Part shown: one piece after another, positions 32,757 to 43,279 of the stretch
Numbering within the stretch: position 1 is the stretch's first letter
How the letters are laid out: the number at the start of each line of letters is the position of its first letter
Assembly: GCA_965219385.1 (NCBI GenBank)
Contig: CBDCNM010000002.1
Coordinates: 2,474,936-2,538,935 of the forward strand
DNA: 64,000 nt
From: Candidatus Latescibacterota bacterium
Lineage (GTDB): Bacteria > Latescibacterota > UBA2968 > UBA8231
Reading direction: 5' to 3'
Notes under the pieces: model-generated
The model's database searches: none
The model's input: only the letters and a program-made list of their open reading frames with translations
Told to the model about the DNA's origin: nothing
Translations under genes and position numbers: made by a program

Positions 32757-33239
32757 TCATGCGCAACCGAATTTTTCCTTCAATTTCTGTTCCACAAAGG
32801 GCGGCACGAACTGGGAGACCTCCCCGCCCATTTGCGCCACCTGGCGCACCACCGACGATCTCAGGTACATGTATTCCGAACTCGTCATCAAGAAGAAGGT
32901 GTCAAATTCGGACCAGAGACTGCGATTGGTCAGGGCCATGGAGAACTCGTTTTCGAAATCCGTTACCGCGCGCAGGCCGCGCACGGCGATGTGGATACTG
33001 TGCTCCCGCGCATACTCGATCAACAACCCTTCGGTGTAGTCTACTTCGACCTGGGGCCAGGAGCGCGTGGTTTCGCGGATCATCTCCACGTTTTCATCCG
33101 GAGAAAACAAAGGTTTTTTCTGGGGGTTGACGGCCACCAGAACCGTGATCCTGGAAAATATATTCTGGGCTCGCTCGATGATGTTCAGGTGCCCGTACGT
33201 AATCGGATCGAAGCTCCCAGGATAGAATGCCGACTGCAT
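32757..33239 (-). CDS. coaD: Phosphopantetheine adenylyltransferase
   Basis: YPGSFDPITYGH, RGLRAVTDFENE. Confidence 0.97.
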   Translation of the reverse strand: MQSAFYPGSFDPITYGHLNIIERAQNIFSRITVLVAVNPQKKPLFSPDENVEMIRETTRSWPQVEVDYTEGLLIEYAREHSIHIAVRGLRAVTDFENEFSMALTNRSLWSEFDTFFLMTSSEYMYLRSSVVRQVAQMGGEVSQFVPPFVEQKLKEKFGCA

Positions 33240-33254
33240 TGGAACCTCCTTGTT

Positions 33255-34202
33255 TCAGGGAAGGTCTTGCACCAGAACATCTACGGCCGCGTAAAGCAAA
33301 GCCCGGTTCCAGGACTGGTCCTTTTGATAAATCGGTATAGCCACCAATTCGGCCAGAGTAGCGATTTCTTCCGCTTGGCCCAGGGCCTCTATGAAGGCTT
33401 TGATCTGCCGATAGGAGCCCGTAGCCCGGATCTTCTGCCGTTGCTGCACCAGGGTGGCTGCCAGGGATTTCTTGATCGGCTTTTCCTGGGACAATTCGCC
33501 CAGCCCGCTCTGGCGCGCCCAGGTGCCTATCTTGCGGAACAGGGATTTCGCCTCGGATGTCGACACTGGCTTGAGCCGCCGCATTTCGAGCCCTTCAAAC
33601 TGCCCCTGGAAAGTAAACTTGTAGATCCGTTCCGACTGTAGTTTCCCCTCGCGCCACAGGGCCGGAAACGAGTCTACCCGGGAAAAACTCTCCAGGATAT
33701 CCTGAAAATCCGCGGCTGATCTGGAAGACGAACTCAATCCTTCGACAGTGTACTCCCCGGTGGCATAGCCGATCAGACTCTCGACCCGGATAGCGGAAGG
33801 GATGCGCTCGTAGAGTTGCAGGGCCCGCATACAAGCCGGACTCCACTGGGGCTGCCACCGAACGATCGCGCCTGAAAAAGGTGCCCTGCCCCTGGTACCC
33901 TCCTCCTCTTTTTTTGCCCTGGCGCCCCTGGCCGCTTCTTCCATGGCCGTCTTGCGGACCTTTGCTTCGTCGACCTCTTGCGGAACCACCGCCTCTTGCG
34001 GAACCACCGCCTCTTGCGGAACCACCGCCTCCTCGACCTCTTCGGCAAAGAGGTCTTCCCAGGCCCCGTGGAGTGGATAGCTTTGATCGATCCAGTAAAG
34101 GCCGGCCAGGACCACGACCACGGCACTGCCCCCAACGACCAGGCGCAGCAGCAGGGGGCGCACATCGTACCATCGGCTTTGCAGTAAATCAATGCGGATC
34201 AT
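33255..34202 (-). CDS. Membrane-anchored PilN/PilO-like protein
   Basis: MIRIDLL start typical of PilN, one TM helix, C-terminal GSYRQIKAFI resembling PilO; overlaps the pilM-like gene. Confidence 0.5.
   Translation of the reverse strand: MIRIDLLQSRWYDVRPLLLRLVVGGSAVVVVLAGLYWIDQSYPLHGAWEDLFAEEVEEAVVPQEAVVPQEAVVPQEVDEAKVRKTAMEEAARGARAKKEEEGTRGRAPFSGAIVRWQPQWSPACMRALQLYERIPSAIRVESLIGYATGEYTVEGLSSSSRSAADFQDILESFSRVDSFPALWREGKLQSERIYKFTFQGQFEGLEMRRLKPVSTSEAKSLFRKIGTWARQSGLGELSQEKPIKKSLAATLVQQRQKIRATGSYRQIKAFIEALGQAEEIATLAELVAIPIYQKDQSWNRALLYAAVDVLVQDLP
33974..34027. repeat. 3 x 18-bp coding tandem repeat (EAVVPQ)
   Basis: CCTCTTGCGGAACCACCG x3. Confidence 0.9.
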
Positions 34203-35122
34203 GAAAAAAGTCCCCGAAAGGCCAGACCTGCCGGTACCGCAAAACCACTCCCGGCCTCGAGCAGCGCCGAATCGGTCTCCTCGAGCGAAGCCGTATCAAT
34301 GTCCCGAAAAGGATCCAGCAAATCGACCGCCATGGAGAGTCCGGCCGGCAAATCCGTACTCCATCTGCCCTCGCTGGCAGCCGCGCCGGCGATCCATATA
34401 TGCTGCGGGCGTTCCTCCTCGTCCCCTTCTTCCAACAAGGCGTCAATCCGCCCTTTCAAATCGTCGAACCGCGCATCCGCGACGACGTCCTGGTCCCAGG
34501 CGCAAATCGACACCGCGTCTATTTCGCCGTCGCGCAACAGGAGAGCACAGGCCCGCGAGCGGGCAACGTCCAGCACCAATTCTGGTTGCTCCGCAGACAG
34601 TAGATCCGCGACTTCCAGAGCGTTGTACAGGGCAAAAGGCGGAATGTCGAAGTCCAGGTTTTTAACGCCCGCCTGGATGAATACCTCCATGTACAGCTCG
34701 AGCATACGGCGGTGGGCAGCCACTGCAAAACCACAGTGCCGGGTCAGCGCAAAATCGATGCCGTACTCACCTGATTCGTCGGCGAGAAACTGCCGGGTCT
34801 CCCAGAGCAGGTGCTCGCGGTTGGCCTTCTCGTCCTCCTCGACCAGGGGCCGACGTTTGAGATAAAACGAATCCTCTTGCAGGGCTACGACCGGATTTTT
34901 AAAGGTAATACCGCGTTCCTGGCGCACCTGCTCCAGGGCCTCGGTCAGCACTTGACGCCCGTCATCGCTGCCCAGCCGGCCGGGCTCGAATGGCCCTGGA
35001 AGCTCCTTGTAAATCAGGGCGTGGAGTTCGACCTTCTCACCGGCCCCGCCGACCTCGACGATACTCAGGATATTGTCGACGATGTGAATACCCGTAGCTG
35101 TTTTGTCCCTGGATCCGAACAC
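34199..35122 (-). CDS. PilM-like actin-fold protein
   Basis: TGIHI N-terminus, DIPPFALYNA, LVLDV, IWIAG, DPF and FAVPAGLAFRG. Confidence 0.65.
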   Translation of the reverse strand: MFGSRDKTATGIHIVDNILSIVEVGGAGEKVELHALIYKELPGPFEPGRLGSDDGRQVLTEALEQVRQERGITFKNPVVALQEDSFYLKRRPLVEEDEKANREHLLWETRQFLADESGEYGIDFALTRHCGFAVAAHRRMLELYMEVFIQAGVKNLDFDIPPFALYNALEVADLLSAEQPELVLDVARSRACALLLRDGEIDAVSICAWDQDVVADARFDDLKGRIDALLEEGDEEERPQHIWIAGAAASEGRWSTDLPAGLSMAVDLLDPFRDIDTASLEETDSALLEAGSGFAVPAGLAFRGLFS

Positions 35123-35129
35123 TGGTACC

Positions 35130-35495
35130 TCAGTCGAGGGCCACGAAGGGCCGCAATTTCTCCAGGGTACGGACCCCTATGCCCCGTACCTTCTGGAGCT
35201 CTTCCACACTCTTAAAGCGCCCGTGCTCCCGGCGGTATTGCAGGATGCGGGCCGCCGTTTGCGGACCGATCGCCGGCAGTTGCTGAAGCTGGTCCGCCGT
35301 GGCTGTATTGAGGCGGATCGGTCCGCTATTGATGCGGGGCGTTGCCACCGGTTCCGGGATCGGAATGGCCCGGGGCACAACGGCAAATTCCTCCAGACTG
35401 GAGGGGTGGTAATAATCCACCACGGCCAGGCTGGTCCCCGTCAGCAAGGCCCCGGCCAAAAAGAGCAGGGCCACCTGTTCCCGTCGGTTGAACAT
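35130..35495 (-). CDS. comEA: ComEA-family helix-hairpin-helix DNA receptor
   Basis: TM anchor; LNTATADQLQQLPAIGP...HGRFKSVEEL.KVRGIG. Confidence 0.9.
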   Translation of the reverse strand: MFNRREQVALLFLAGALLTGTSLAVVDYYHPSSLEEFAVVPRAIPIPEPVATPRINSGPIRLNTATADQLQQLPAIGPQTAARILQYRREHGRFKSVEELQKVRGIGVRTLEKLRPFVALD

Positions 35496-35551
35496 GGAAG
35501 ATACCTCCATTGGCCGCGCCAATCAACCACAAGATCGGCCGATCCCTGTTT

Positions 35552-38500
35552 TCAGCGGAAAAACAGGGTGCCGCCCAGGCGGACTTCGCGTATCTTGCGG
35601 GTTTTTTTGGTGAGATTGTTGCGGTTGTTCTCCAGCCCGATGCGGCCCTCGCCGCTGAAATTACTGCTGAATTTATAGGTGGCCCGCAGCGAAGTTTTCC
35701 ACTTGCGGTTGTCGCTTATCGGCGCTCTCTTGGCGGCGCTCGTGGCGTTGGAGCGGATCTCTGATTCCAGACCGAACTCGTACTTGAGATCCACATTGCT
35801 TTTCAGCTTGCCCAGCAGGGGCAGGCCCTTCGGCTTGAGATTGTACGAGGTGGTGAACGTAGTGGAGGTTTTCTCCCGACTGCCGCTGCCGCGCAGGGGC
35901 TTGGTCTCTTCCTCAGTCGTCGTGGTATCGGCGAAGCTGGCCAGTTCGAAATCCAGATCGACCCTGGTGGAAAGGGTGCGCTTAACCGTGATGGTTGGAC
36001 CTTTCCGCACCCGTCCGTTCCAGGAAGTGGTCAAGTCCGTGGATTTGCCTTCGTTGATCAGGTTGCCGGGTTTCAAGTTGCCCTCCCCTCTCTGCGTCCG
36101 GGTGGTCTGGAAGTTGACGCTTACCTGGGAGCTGTTGACCAGCTTCTTGATCAAGGGAAGTCGGTCCACCTTCGACCAGGTAATGGTGGCTTTGGGAAAG
36201 ACCTGTTGCTCCTCCACCCGCAACCGGGTCTGGGGGCTGCCGATGCGGCGGGTTTGCTTGCGGTTGAAGCCGGGTTTGATGCTGAAACCCAGCGGTAGTT
36301 TCAGGCCGCTGCTCACGTCTAGGCTGTTGGTCTGGGTCCACTGGTCCTGCTGGGTGAGACCGACGCTGACTCGCCGAACCTTGAGGCTGTCCTCGAAGCC
36401 TAATTGATATGCCAGGGGGGGGCGCTCGGTGAGGCTGAAATTGCGCCCGATGGTATCGCGCCTCCATTTCGTGGTGACCGGATCGGTATAGCGGCCGCTA
36501 AAGTTGAGCAGACGCCACAGGACAAACGGTTTGGCTGCGCCCTCCTTGGGCTCGCCTCCCCCTTTTCCGGGCTGTCCCAGGCCCTTCAACAGGGTCGGCA
36601 ATTTCAGGCCGAGCTGGGCCGAAAGGGTATTCTTGGTCGATATATCGCGGGTGGGCAGTGGCCCCCCGGTGGTGCTGTCAATGACGACCTGTAGAGTGCG
36701 GCGGGTGGGATCGTTGCTCTCATCGTAGGTGGCGTCAAAGGTGTAATTCTGATCCAGCCAGCGGACCAGTCTCAGCCTGAACTTCACATCCGCCTTCTGT
36801 CGGCGTTTCACCTCCCGGCCAAAACTCAAAGCCTCCAGATCAAACTTCTTGCGCAGATCGCGGTCGAGCTTCAGGTTGTAATTGGAGGACAGACCATTGA
36901 GGGGGGCGGCTTTGGCGGTATAGGTTTCGGCCATGGTGAAGGTCTCGTGAAAGGTGGTATCCGAGTCGGACCGGCGCAGGGTTTCCTTTTCCATGCGTTT
37001 GGCGTTCATGGAGTAAGACAGGCTGGTAGGCAAGTATTTGAGCTGCACCTTGGCCACTGACTTGGGCATGAGACCTTCGGTCCACTGCAACGGCTTCACC
37101 GAGAGTTTGGGCAGGGGCATCTGGTAACTGAAATTCATGGACCAGGACTGGTTGTTGTTGAGCGGCTGAGTAGGACTGAAGCTGCGCTCTTGGTTGTAGC
37201 CCATCCCCAGTCGCATCTGATCCACGGTCCAGCGCAGCAACCAGTTCTGCCCCCCCCGCTTGCTCACCTGGAGATTGTAAAGTTCCTTGGTGCGCTGGGT
37301 GCGCTGCTCCTGCTTTTGTGCCGGGGTCAACTCCACATCGGAATTGGGTCCGAAACGGGGCAAACTCACAGAGCGAGAAAAATTGGCCGTGAGCGGCATG
37401 CTTACCCCCCAGCGCCCCGGCATGAACCGGTGCAGATCCGTTTTCGTGTTCAGACTGGTCAACAGGTCCGATTTGTTGCGTCCGGTGTCGTTGATGGTGC
37501 GAAAATCCTCCTCCCTCCAGGTGAGTTCGGTGGCGACATTCATGAAATCGGCCAGGTTGGTATTGAGCTTGACATAGGTTGCCAGACCCGGGTCGTTGCG
37601 CGCCTCGCCCAGCTGCAACTCATCTATGAAGACCCGCCCGCTGTGTACCTGCAGATCGCTGCGATTGCGCAGACCGATGGTCAGCTGGCGGATCTGCTGC
37701 ATGGAAGGATTGCCGCGCACCCGGTAGCGGGCCGGTGCGCCGCTGCGCAGACCCGGATCAACTATTGTCGTGTCCAGCAGAGTGGGGAAGCGTCCAGTGG
37801 GATCGGCCGGGAGGCCCTGCAAACGGCCTTTGAGGTGAGCCATTTCCAGCAGGTCGATGTCGACCTCGTTGCCCCGCCAATCCGGCCGCAGACCATCCCA
37901 GCCCGGAAAAACCTGAGAGGCGAATTCGTAGTAATTGGTGCTGTCGGCCCCAAAGCGCACGAACAACTCGATCTCGCTGGAATCCTCGTCCACCACATAG
38001 GTGGCCAGGGAATCGCCGTGCACGTACATCTTCAGGCGGGTGTACTTGGTGTAATTGGCATTGCTCTGCATCACCCGGGTGGCCGAGACCTGGTGGCCCG
38101 GCTCCAGGTTGCGGTAGTCCAGCACCAGAGACTGCTCGCGCTCCCGCGTCCGGGACTGCACGTTTGTCCGGATCTTGACCCTGGGCGGCGGCTGGTACTC
38201 GGTGTTCTTATCGGTGCCGATGACCGTGATGTTGATGCTCTCTTCTGGACCCACCGCAAAACCATCCCCCAGCACCACGATATCGTCCTCCTGCCACTGG
38301 TTTTCGATCACCTCTATCAGGGCGATCTCAACCTTGGTTGCTCGATCCCCTCCCACCAGGCCGCCGACTACCGCGAGCCGGCTGAACTCGATCCGACTCG
38401 AGTCCGGCGTTCCCACCCGCTCGACCTGGGCATCGTAGAGCGGCAGACGGAAGAGCCTCCAGCCATTGCTCTCGGTGCCGGGCACATGTGGATCGCTCTC

Positions 38501-41500
38501 CAGGTCGATGGCGTAGTGGTAGTAGTCGTTGTTGAGTTCGACCACGCCGTCGTCGTTCAAATCTTCGGTGTCCGGATGCGCCCCCACGCCCCGGTCAGCG
38601 GCGTTGCCCTCGGTGCCGTTGATGCGGCTGTAGTCGTCCTCATTGCGGTTGATGTCGTAGGCGAAGTTGTCACCCTCGGGATCGTTCGAATCGCGCTCGG
38701 GATAGGCTGCCGCGAACCTTTGCTTCTTCTCCTCCACCGTGCCGCTGGTATCCTCTCCGGCCAGGTTCAGGTAGTGGTTCAGCTCCTCGACCAAGTCGCG
38801 CTCGTCGAGGCCCACGTCCTCCCCAGGAGAAACCACTCCGTCTCCGGTGCTGCGCCCGCCAATGGGTATATCCTCGGTATTGATCTTGCCGTCATTGTTC
38901 ACATCCTCGCTGATGGCGCCCAGGTCAATGTGCAGTTGGCCGTGTTTACCGCGCACCCACACCTCCAGAAACTTGGATTGGGAGAAATCTCTCACGGCCG
39001 AAAATGCGTGCATCACCGCCCCCCAGGACTGGACCGCCCCCGGCACCGGCTCCAGTTCGAATACCAGGGTAGGCGTGGTGGTGTTCCCGGCCTCCACCTG
39101 TTCCTTCTGGCCGGGCCAGATATCGGTCTTGAGCACCGGCTCAGCGGGGTTGTACCAGATTATGTGGCCCCGGTTGTCCCCGGTAAAAGCCATGTCGACC
39201 GGCTCGCTGCCGATGGTCCACTGGGTGCGTATGGGCGGCAAGACGCTGGGGCGTTCGCTGCCTTCGAAGTCGTCGATGAACCCCGTGCCCTTGGTGTTCA
39301 GGTTGGGGCGGCTCTGGGCGAACTCGGCCCGCAGGTTGATATTCGACGGCACCGCGGTTTTGAGCAAAGGCATGGCGTCGACCACACGGGTGAGCAAAGG
39401 CGCCTTGAAGCGGGCCTTGAGATCCATATCCCAGACGATGGTGCGGGCTGACTCGGCGCCGACCTGCACCCGGCGAGCGTTGGTGCGTTCGTTGTTGTAG
39501 AGCAAGGTGCTGCCGATGGTCCCGTCCCCTTCCCAGAATTCGTATTCGGTGCGCATCCCCAGCAGGGTCTTCTGCTGGCTCCCAAACCCGAAGAGTTCTT
39601 TGCTTTCGTAGCTGATCTCCAGATCCGCCCCCGGCTGGGATATCTGGCTGGCCGCCTGGTTGGTAAAGGTGACATCGCCGGTAAAGCCAACATTGTAATG
39701 CGTGCCGGGCTGGAGACGCTCGCCGTTGAGCACAACCTCCACGGAAGCGGGATTGACCCCCAGCCCCAGGCTGATGCGCTGTTGAGTCGAACTGGCGATG
39801 GTCTGGATGATATAGCGGCTGGCCTCGATCTGGTCGCGTCTTTGCTGGGTATTGTAGGCCTCGGGTACGGTGTCTTTCAGGTCGGCCTTGAATTCGGGGT
39901 GCTGTGGATCGAAAGGCGTCAGATCCGGCAGGATCAACACCCCTTCGAACTCGTCCAGGCCGACGTAGTCCGCATCGATGCGCCGATCCGGCGGGCTGCC
40001 CGGATCCTGGCCGTGTTCGTCCAGGCCAAAGATTCGCAGATAGGACACGCCGTCCTGGGAGGCCTGGTGCTCGCGACCAGGGACCTCCTTGAGGATCTGT
40101 ATCTCGATGGTGTTGCCGTCGAATTTCTTGCCGCGCCCGCGCTGGAAACCACTGACGATCTGGTACACATTCTTCCACTCCAGATCCCAGGTGGGGAAGT
40201 TGGGACGCGCGTTTCGCGCTTTGATGAGCTTGAGCTTGAGGGTATCCCCCCGGGTATTGCCGACTTGTTGGCCCCCCACAGTGCGGTAGCTCACGGCCAG
40301 GGCTTCGTTGTCCCGCAAGTTCTTGTTCAAGATGAAGTACCCGCCGCCGCTGACCAGGACGTAATCGTCGTCCGGATCGAGCCGGTGCCAGGTGCCGCGC
40401 TCCACCCGGCCGCTTCCTTCGATTATCGGCCCCTCCACATCAACCCAGGCGACCCCATCTTTGGCCAGAGTTTCCGCGTCGTTGCGGGTGTTGAAGTCGT
40501 TGACATAGATTTCCAGGGTGATGGGATCAATGGCGCGCTCGCGAGGAATCTGGGCTCCCAGGGCCGCCCGGCGAAAGTCGGGCAGACTGTCGCGGTAGAA
40601 CTGGTCTAGAAAGAAGTACTTGTTGCGCACGTACTCGTAATCGCGTTTGATCGTCGTATCCGCCTGCGCTCCCCCCCTGAAGGTTTTGCGGTTGCCCTTG
40701 CTTTTTTCGTGACTGGCGATGGTGGTAAAACCCAGGGGACCCAACCGCCCCTTGGCGCGAATCCCGAAGAGCCCCTTGTGCTGCTGGCGGAAACCCACGA
40801 ACTTGGTGCCGGGTAGCGACAAGGTGGTGTTGCCGGCCTGGACCTCCTGAAAGATGGCGTCCTCATCCTTTTTGTAGTCGAGCTTGATCTGGTTGGCCAG
40901 CTCATCAAAGGAAGAGCCCACGCTCTGGGTATCCTGATTGATGCGGATGTTGATCAGCTCACCGACCTTGCCCTCCACCGTGAACTTTTGATCCTGGTCC
41001 AAGCTCAAGGAGGGGAATTTAGAAGGCCGACCGGCCACGGTCTGCACCTCGCCTTCGGTCCACTGGCTCCTGCCTCCTATGGTGGTTTTGAGCGACCCGT
41101 GTATCTTCAGCGTCGGTTCCACATCGCCGATGAACCGCCGCAGGTGTCCGGAGGTGCGAAAGGGCACGGACCACTCCAGCAGGCTTTTCTGGCCCCGCAC
41201 CTGGTCCCGGGCCGCCTTGCGAAAATCCCGCCGGACCTGCTCGTGCCACAGCTGCGCCAGATCCCGCTGATAGGTCAGATTCAGGTGGTCTTTTATGTTC
41301 ATGATCACGGCTGATCCAGTTTCCAAGCCGGTCGTTTTCCGCATGTATTTTACCTGGTTCAAGTCTACCTCGACCTGGTCGCGAAACAGGTTCCTGGAGG
41401 AGTAGTCGCCCCCCAGCACAAAGCCGGCGCTCCCCAGGGGAGCAAAGGGTTCTTTATCGCCGAAAAAGTCGGCGAGGGGACCGATCAGGGCGTCGGGACG

Positions 41501-41638
41501 CAGGCCTGGTGCCGCCCCGGCAGCACTCGAAAGCTGCAACAGGGCAAAAACTCCGAGCCACCAGACCAGAGCGGAAGGGCTTGTTGAAATTCTGGCTCTG
41601 AAAGGCGTGGCCTTTTGGACGGCCGTTTTTGCACGCAT
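35552..41638 (-). CDS. sprA: SprA/Sov-like giant outer-membrane beta-barrel (2028 aa)
   Basis: GNTTLSLP..QQHKGLFG, DYEYVRNKYFFL, WDLEWKNVY, QQKTLLG, IDDFEG, IDLG.ISED, PDTEDLN; long C-terminal barrel strands. Confidence 0.85.
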   Translation of the reverse strand: MRAKTAVQKATPFRARISTSPSALVWWLGVFALLQLSSAAGAAPGLRPDALIGPLADFFGDKEPFAPLGSAGFVLGGDYSSRNLFRDQVEVDLNQVKYMRKTTGLETGSAVIMNIKDHLNLTYQRDLAQLWHEQVRRDFRKAARDQVRGQKSLLEWSVPFRTSGHLRRFIGDVEPTLKIHGSLKTTIGGRSQWTEGEVQTVAGRPSKFPSLSLDQDQKFTVEGKVGELINIRINQDTQSVGSSFDELANQIKLDYKKDEDAIFQEVQAGNTTLSLPGTKFVGFRQQHKGLFGIRAKGRLGPLGFTTIASHEKSKGNRKTFRGGAQADTTIKRDYEYVRNKYFFLDQFYRDSLPDFRRAALGAQIPRERAIDPITLEIYVNDFNTRNDAETLAKDGVAWVDVEGPIIEGSGRVERGTWHRLDPDDDYVLVSGGGYFILNKNLRDNEALAVSYRTVGGQQVGNTRGDTLKLKLIKARNARPNFPTWDLEWKNVYQIVSGFQRGRGKKFDGNTIEIQILKEVPGREHQASQDGVSYLRIFGLDEHGQDPGSPPDRRIDADYVGLDEFEGVLILPDLTPFDPQHPEFKADLKDTVPEAYNTQQRRDQIEASRYIIQTIASSTQQRISLGLGVNPASVEVVLNGERLQPGTHYNVGFTGDVTFTNQAASQISQPGADLEISYESKELFGFGSQQKTLLGMRTEYEFWEGDGTIGSTLLYNNERTNARRVQVGAESARTIVWDMDLKARFKAPLLTRVVDAMPLLKTAVPSNINLRAEFAQSRPNLNTKGTGFIDDFEGSERPSVLPPIRTQWTIGSEPVDMAFTGDNRGHIIWYNPAEPVLKTDIWPGQKEQVEAGNTTTPTLVFELEPVPGAVQSWGAVMHAFSAVRDFSQSKFLEVWVRGKHGQLHIDLGAISEDVNNDGKINTEDIPIGGRSTGDGVVSPGEDVGLDERDLVEELNHYLNLAGEDTSGTVEEKKQRFAAAYPERDSNDPEGDNFAYDINRNEDDYSRINGTEGNAADRGVGAHPDTEDLNDDGVVELNNDYYHYAIDLESDPHVPGTESNGWRLFRLPLYDAQVERVGTPDSSRIEFSRLAVVGGLVGGDRATKVEIALIEVIENQWQEDDIVVLGDGFAVGPEESINITVIGTDKNTEYQPPPRVKIRTNVQSRTREREQSLVLDYRNLEPGHQVSATRVMQSNANYTKYTRLKMYVHGDSLATYVVDEDSSEIELFVRFGADSTNYYEFASQVFPGWDGLRPDWRGNEVDIDLLEMAHLKGRLQGLPADPTGRFPTLLDTTIVDPGLRSGAPARYRVRGNPSMQQIRQLTIGLRNRSDLQVHSGRVFIDELQLGEARNDPGLATYVKLNTNLADFMNVATELTWREEDFRTINDTGRNKSDLLTSLNTKTDLHRFMPGRWGVSMPLTANFSRSVSLPRFGPNSDVELTPAQKQEQRTQRTKELYNLQVSKRGGQNWLLRWTVDQMRLGMGYNQERSFSPTQPLNNNQSWSMNFSYQMPLPKLSVKPLQWTEGLMPKSVAKVQLKYLPTSLSYSMNAKRMEKETLRRSDSDTTFHETFTMAETYTAKAAPLNGLSSNYNLKLDRDLRKKFDLEALSFGREVKRRQKADVKFRLRLVRWLDQNYTFDATYDESNDPTRRTLQVVIDSTTGGPLPTRDISTKNTLSAQLGLKLPTLLKGLGQPGKGGGEPKEGAAKPFVLWRLLNFSGRYTDPVTTKWRRDTIGRNFSLTERPPLAYQLGFEDSLKVRRVSVGLTQQDQWTQTNSLDVSSGLKLPLGFSIKPGFNRKQTRRIGSPQTRLRVEEQQVFPKATITWSKVDRLPLIKKLVNSSQVSVNFQTTRTQRGEGNLKPGNLINEGKSTDLTTSWNGRVRKGPTITVKRTLSTRVDLDFELASFADTTTTEEETKPLRGSGSREKTSTTFTTSYNLKPKGLPLLGKLKSNVDLKYEFGLESEIRSNATSAAKRAPISDNRKWKTSLRATYKFSSNFSGEGRIGLENNRNNLTKKTRKIREVRLGGTLFFR

Positions 41639-41956
41639 AGGCGGATGGAAATAGATAAAATTCTACCTAAAAAATCAGCACGAGCGTTCACTATGCGCGA
41701 TAAGCCATCTCCAGAAACCAGAGTGTAACGAGTTGAAAAAGCGCTGTATGCCGCCTTTTGCTGGCACGAGCAAGCTTTTAAAAAACATAGCATATGGCCC
41801 TGATAAGATCAAGGAGGAACCGGTGCAAAAAGCGTACCAATATTGTATTTTCCGCAATACCTGCCAAGTGTGTATATTCAGTCATACCGCGTTCCTTTTA
41901 GAAAGTACGTAGCAAAGGTAACACACTGTAACCTTTGCTTCACACACTCGAGAGCA

Positions 41957-43279
41957 GTGACCATCTTTTCCAGATACGTCCTCAAAGCCCACCTCGGCCC
42001 GCTGGTTTTCGCCTTTGCCCTGATCCTTTTTATCCTGGTGATAGACGTCATTCTCCAGATGATGGACCAGGTACTGAGCAAGGGCCTGTCGCTGGGAGAG
42101 GCCGGCCGGCTTTTTTTCTACAACCTGGCCTGGATCATCGCTCTGGCCGTGCCCATGGCCGTACTCATAGCCGTGCTCATGACCTTCGGGCACCTGGCCT
42201 CGGATAATGAGATCATGGCGGCCAAAGCCTGCGGCCTCGGCTTTTTGCACATCCTGCGCCCGGTGCTCCTGGCCGCCGGGATTCTGACCTTGATCATGAT
42301 CTGGTTCAACGACCAGATCCTGCCCGACTGGAACCACGAGGCCCGCAACATCGCTTCCAACTTAAAACGCCGCAAAGCCGCTCTGGTTCTCAAGGAAAAG
42401 GAAGGAATCTTCATCCACAAACTGAACAACTACAGCCTGCTGATCCGCCAGGTGGACGAAGGGGCCAATCGCCTCCGCGGCATCACCCTCTACGACGGCA
42501 CTCGTGCAGGGCCGCCGGCGATCCTGCACGCGCCCTCGGGGGAGATCCACATATTCGACGACGGCAGCTATATCCGCCTGACCCTGTACGAAGGGGAATT
42601 CCACCGGATCGAGGCCGACGATCCAGAGCGTTTTGTGCGCGGTTCGTTCGCCCGCCAGATCATCCACATCCAGGACGAGGATCGCGCCCTGAGCCACTAC
42701 CGCTCGGCCTACCGCAGCGACCGGGAAATGGACATCACCTCCATGTACCGGACGGTGCGGGAACAACGCCAGGAGCGCCTGAAAAAACAACAGCTTCTCG
42801 ATTCGACGGTGCAGGCCTTCATCACCTCAATCAGCGCGCCTATGCCGACCATAGAGGATACGGCGACTGCGGATACCACCTTCAGGAACCAGGCCCTGCG
42901 CCTGCAGCAAGACATCGCAAAGCACAGACGTTTTATCACCAACCGCAACAAGAGCATCAACGAGTTCCTGGTGGAGATCCACAAGAAGTTCTCCATTCCT
43001 TTTGCCTGCGTGGTCTTCGTGCTCACCGGCGCGCCCCTGGGAGCCCTGATCCGCCAGCGCGGTGCCACCGTATCCGTGGGGGTCAGCCTGGTTTTTTTCT
43101 TCGTCTACTGGATGTTTCTCATCGCCGGGGAGGAACTGGCCAACCGGGGTTACATTTCCCCGGCCCTGGCCATGTGGTCGCCCAATATTGTATTCGGTCT
43201 CCTGGGCGCTCACCTGACTCGCGCCGTAGCCCTGGATCACCCGCTCCTGGGGACCCGGCGCAAGAACCAAAAACCATGA
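41957..43279 (+). CDS. lptF: LPS export permease LptF
   Basis: LAVPMAVL, DNEIMAAKACG, VEIHKKFSIP, AMWSPN. Confidence 0.85.
   Translation: MTIFSRYVLKAHLGPLVFAFALILFILVIDVILQMMDQVLSKGLSLGEAGRLFFYNLAWIIALAVPMAVLIAVLMTFGHLASDNEIMAAKACGLGFLHILRPVLLAAGILTLIMIWFNDQILPDWNHEARNIASNLKRRKAALVLKEKEGIFIHKLNNYSLLIRQVDEGANRLRGITLYDGTRAGPPAILHAPSGEIHIFDDGSYIRLTLYEGEFHRIEADDPERFVRGSFARQIIHIQDEDRALSHYRSAYRSDREMDITSMYRTVREQRQERLKKQQLLDSTVQAFITSISAPMPTIEDTATADTTFRNQALRLQQDIAKHRRFITNRNKSINEFLVEIHKKFSIPFACVVFVLTGAPLGALIRQRGATVSVGVSLVFFFVYWMFLIAGEELANRGYISPALAMWSPNIVFGLLGAHLTRAVALDHPLLGTRRKNQKP

Noticed and set aside
37190..39451. 753-aa plus-strand ORF and similar long antisense ORFs across the window
   Set aside because: Shadow ORFs opposite well-supported genes in high-GC DNA, with no recognisable motifs
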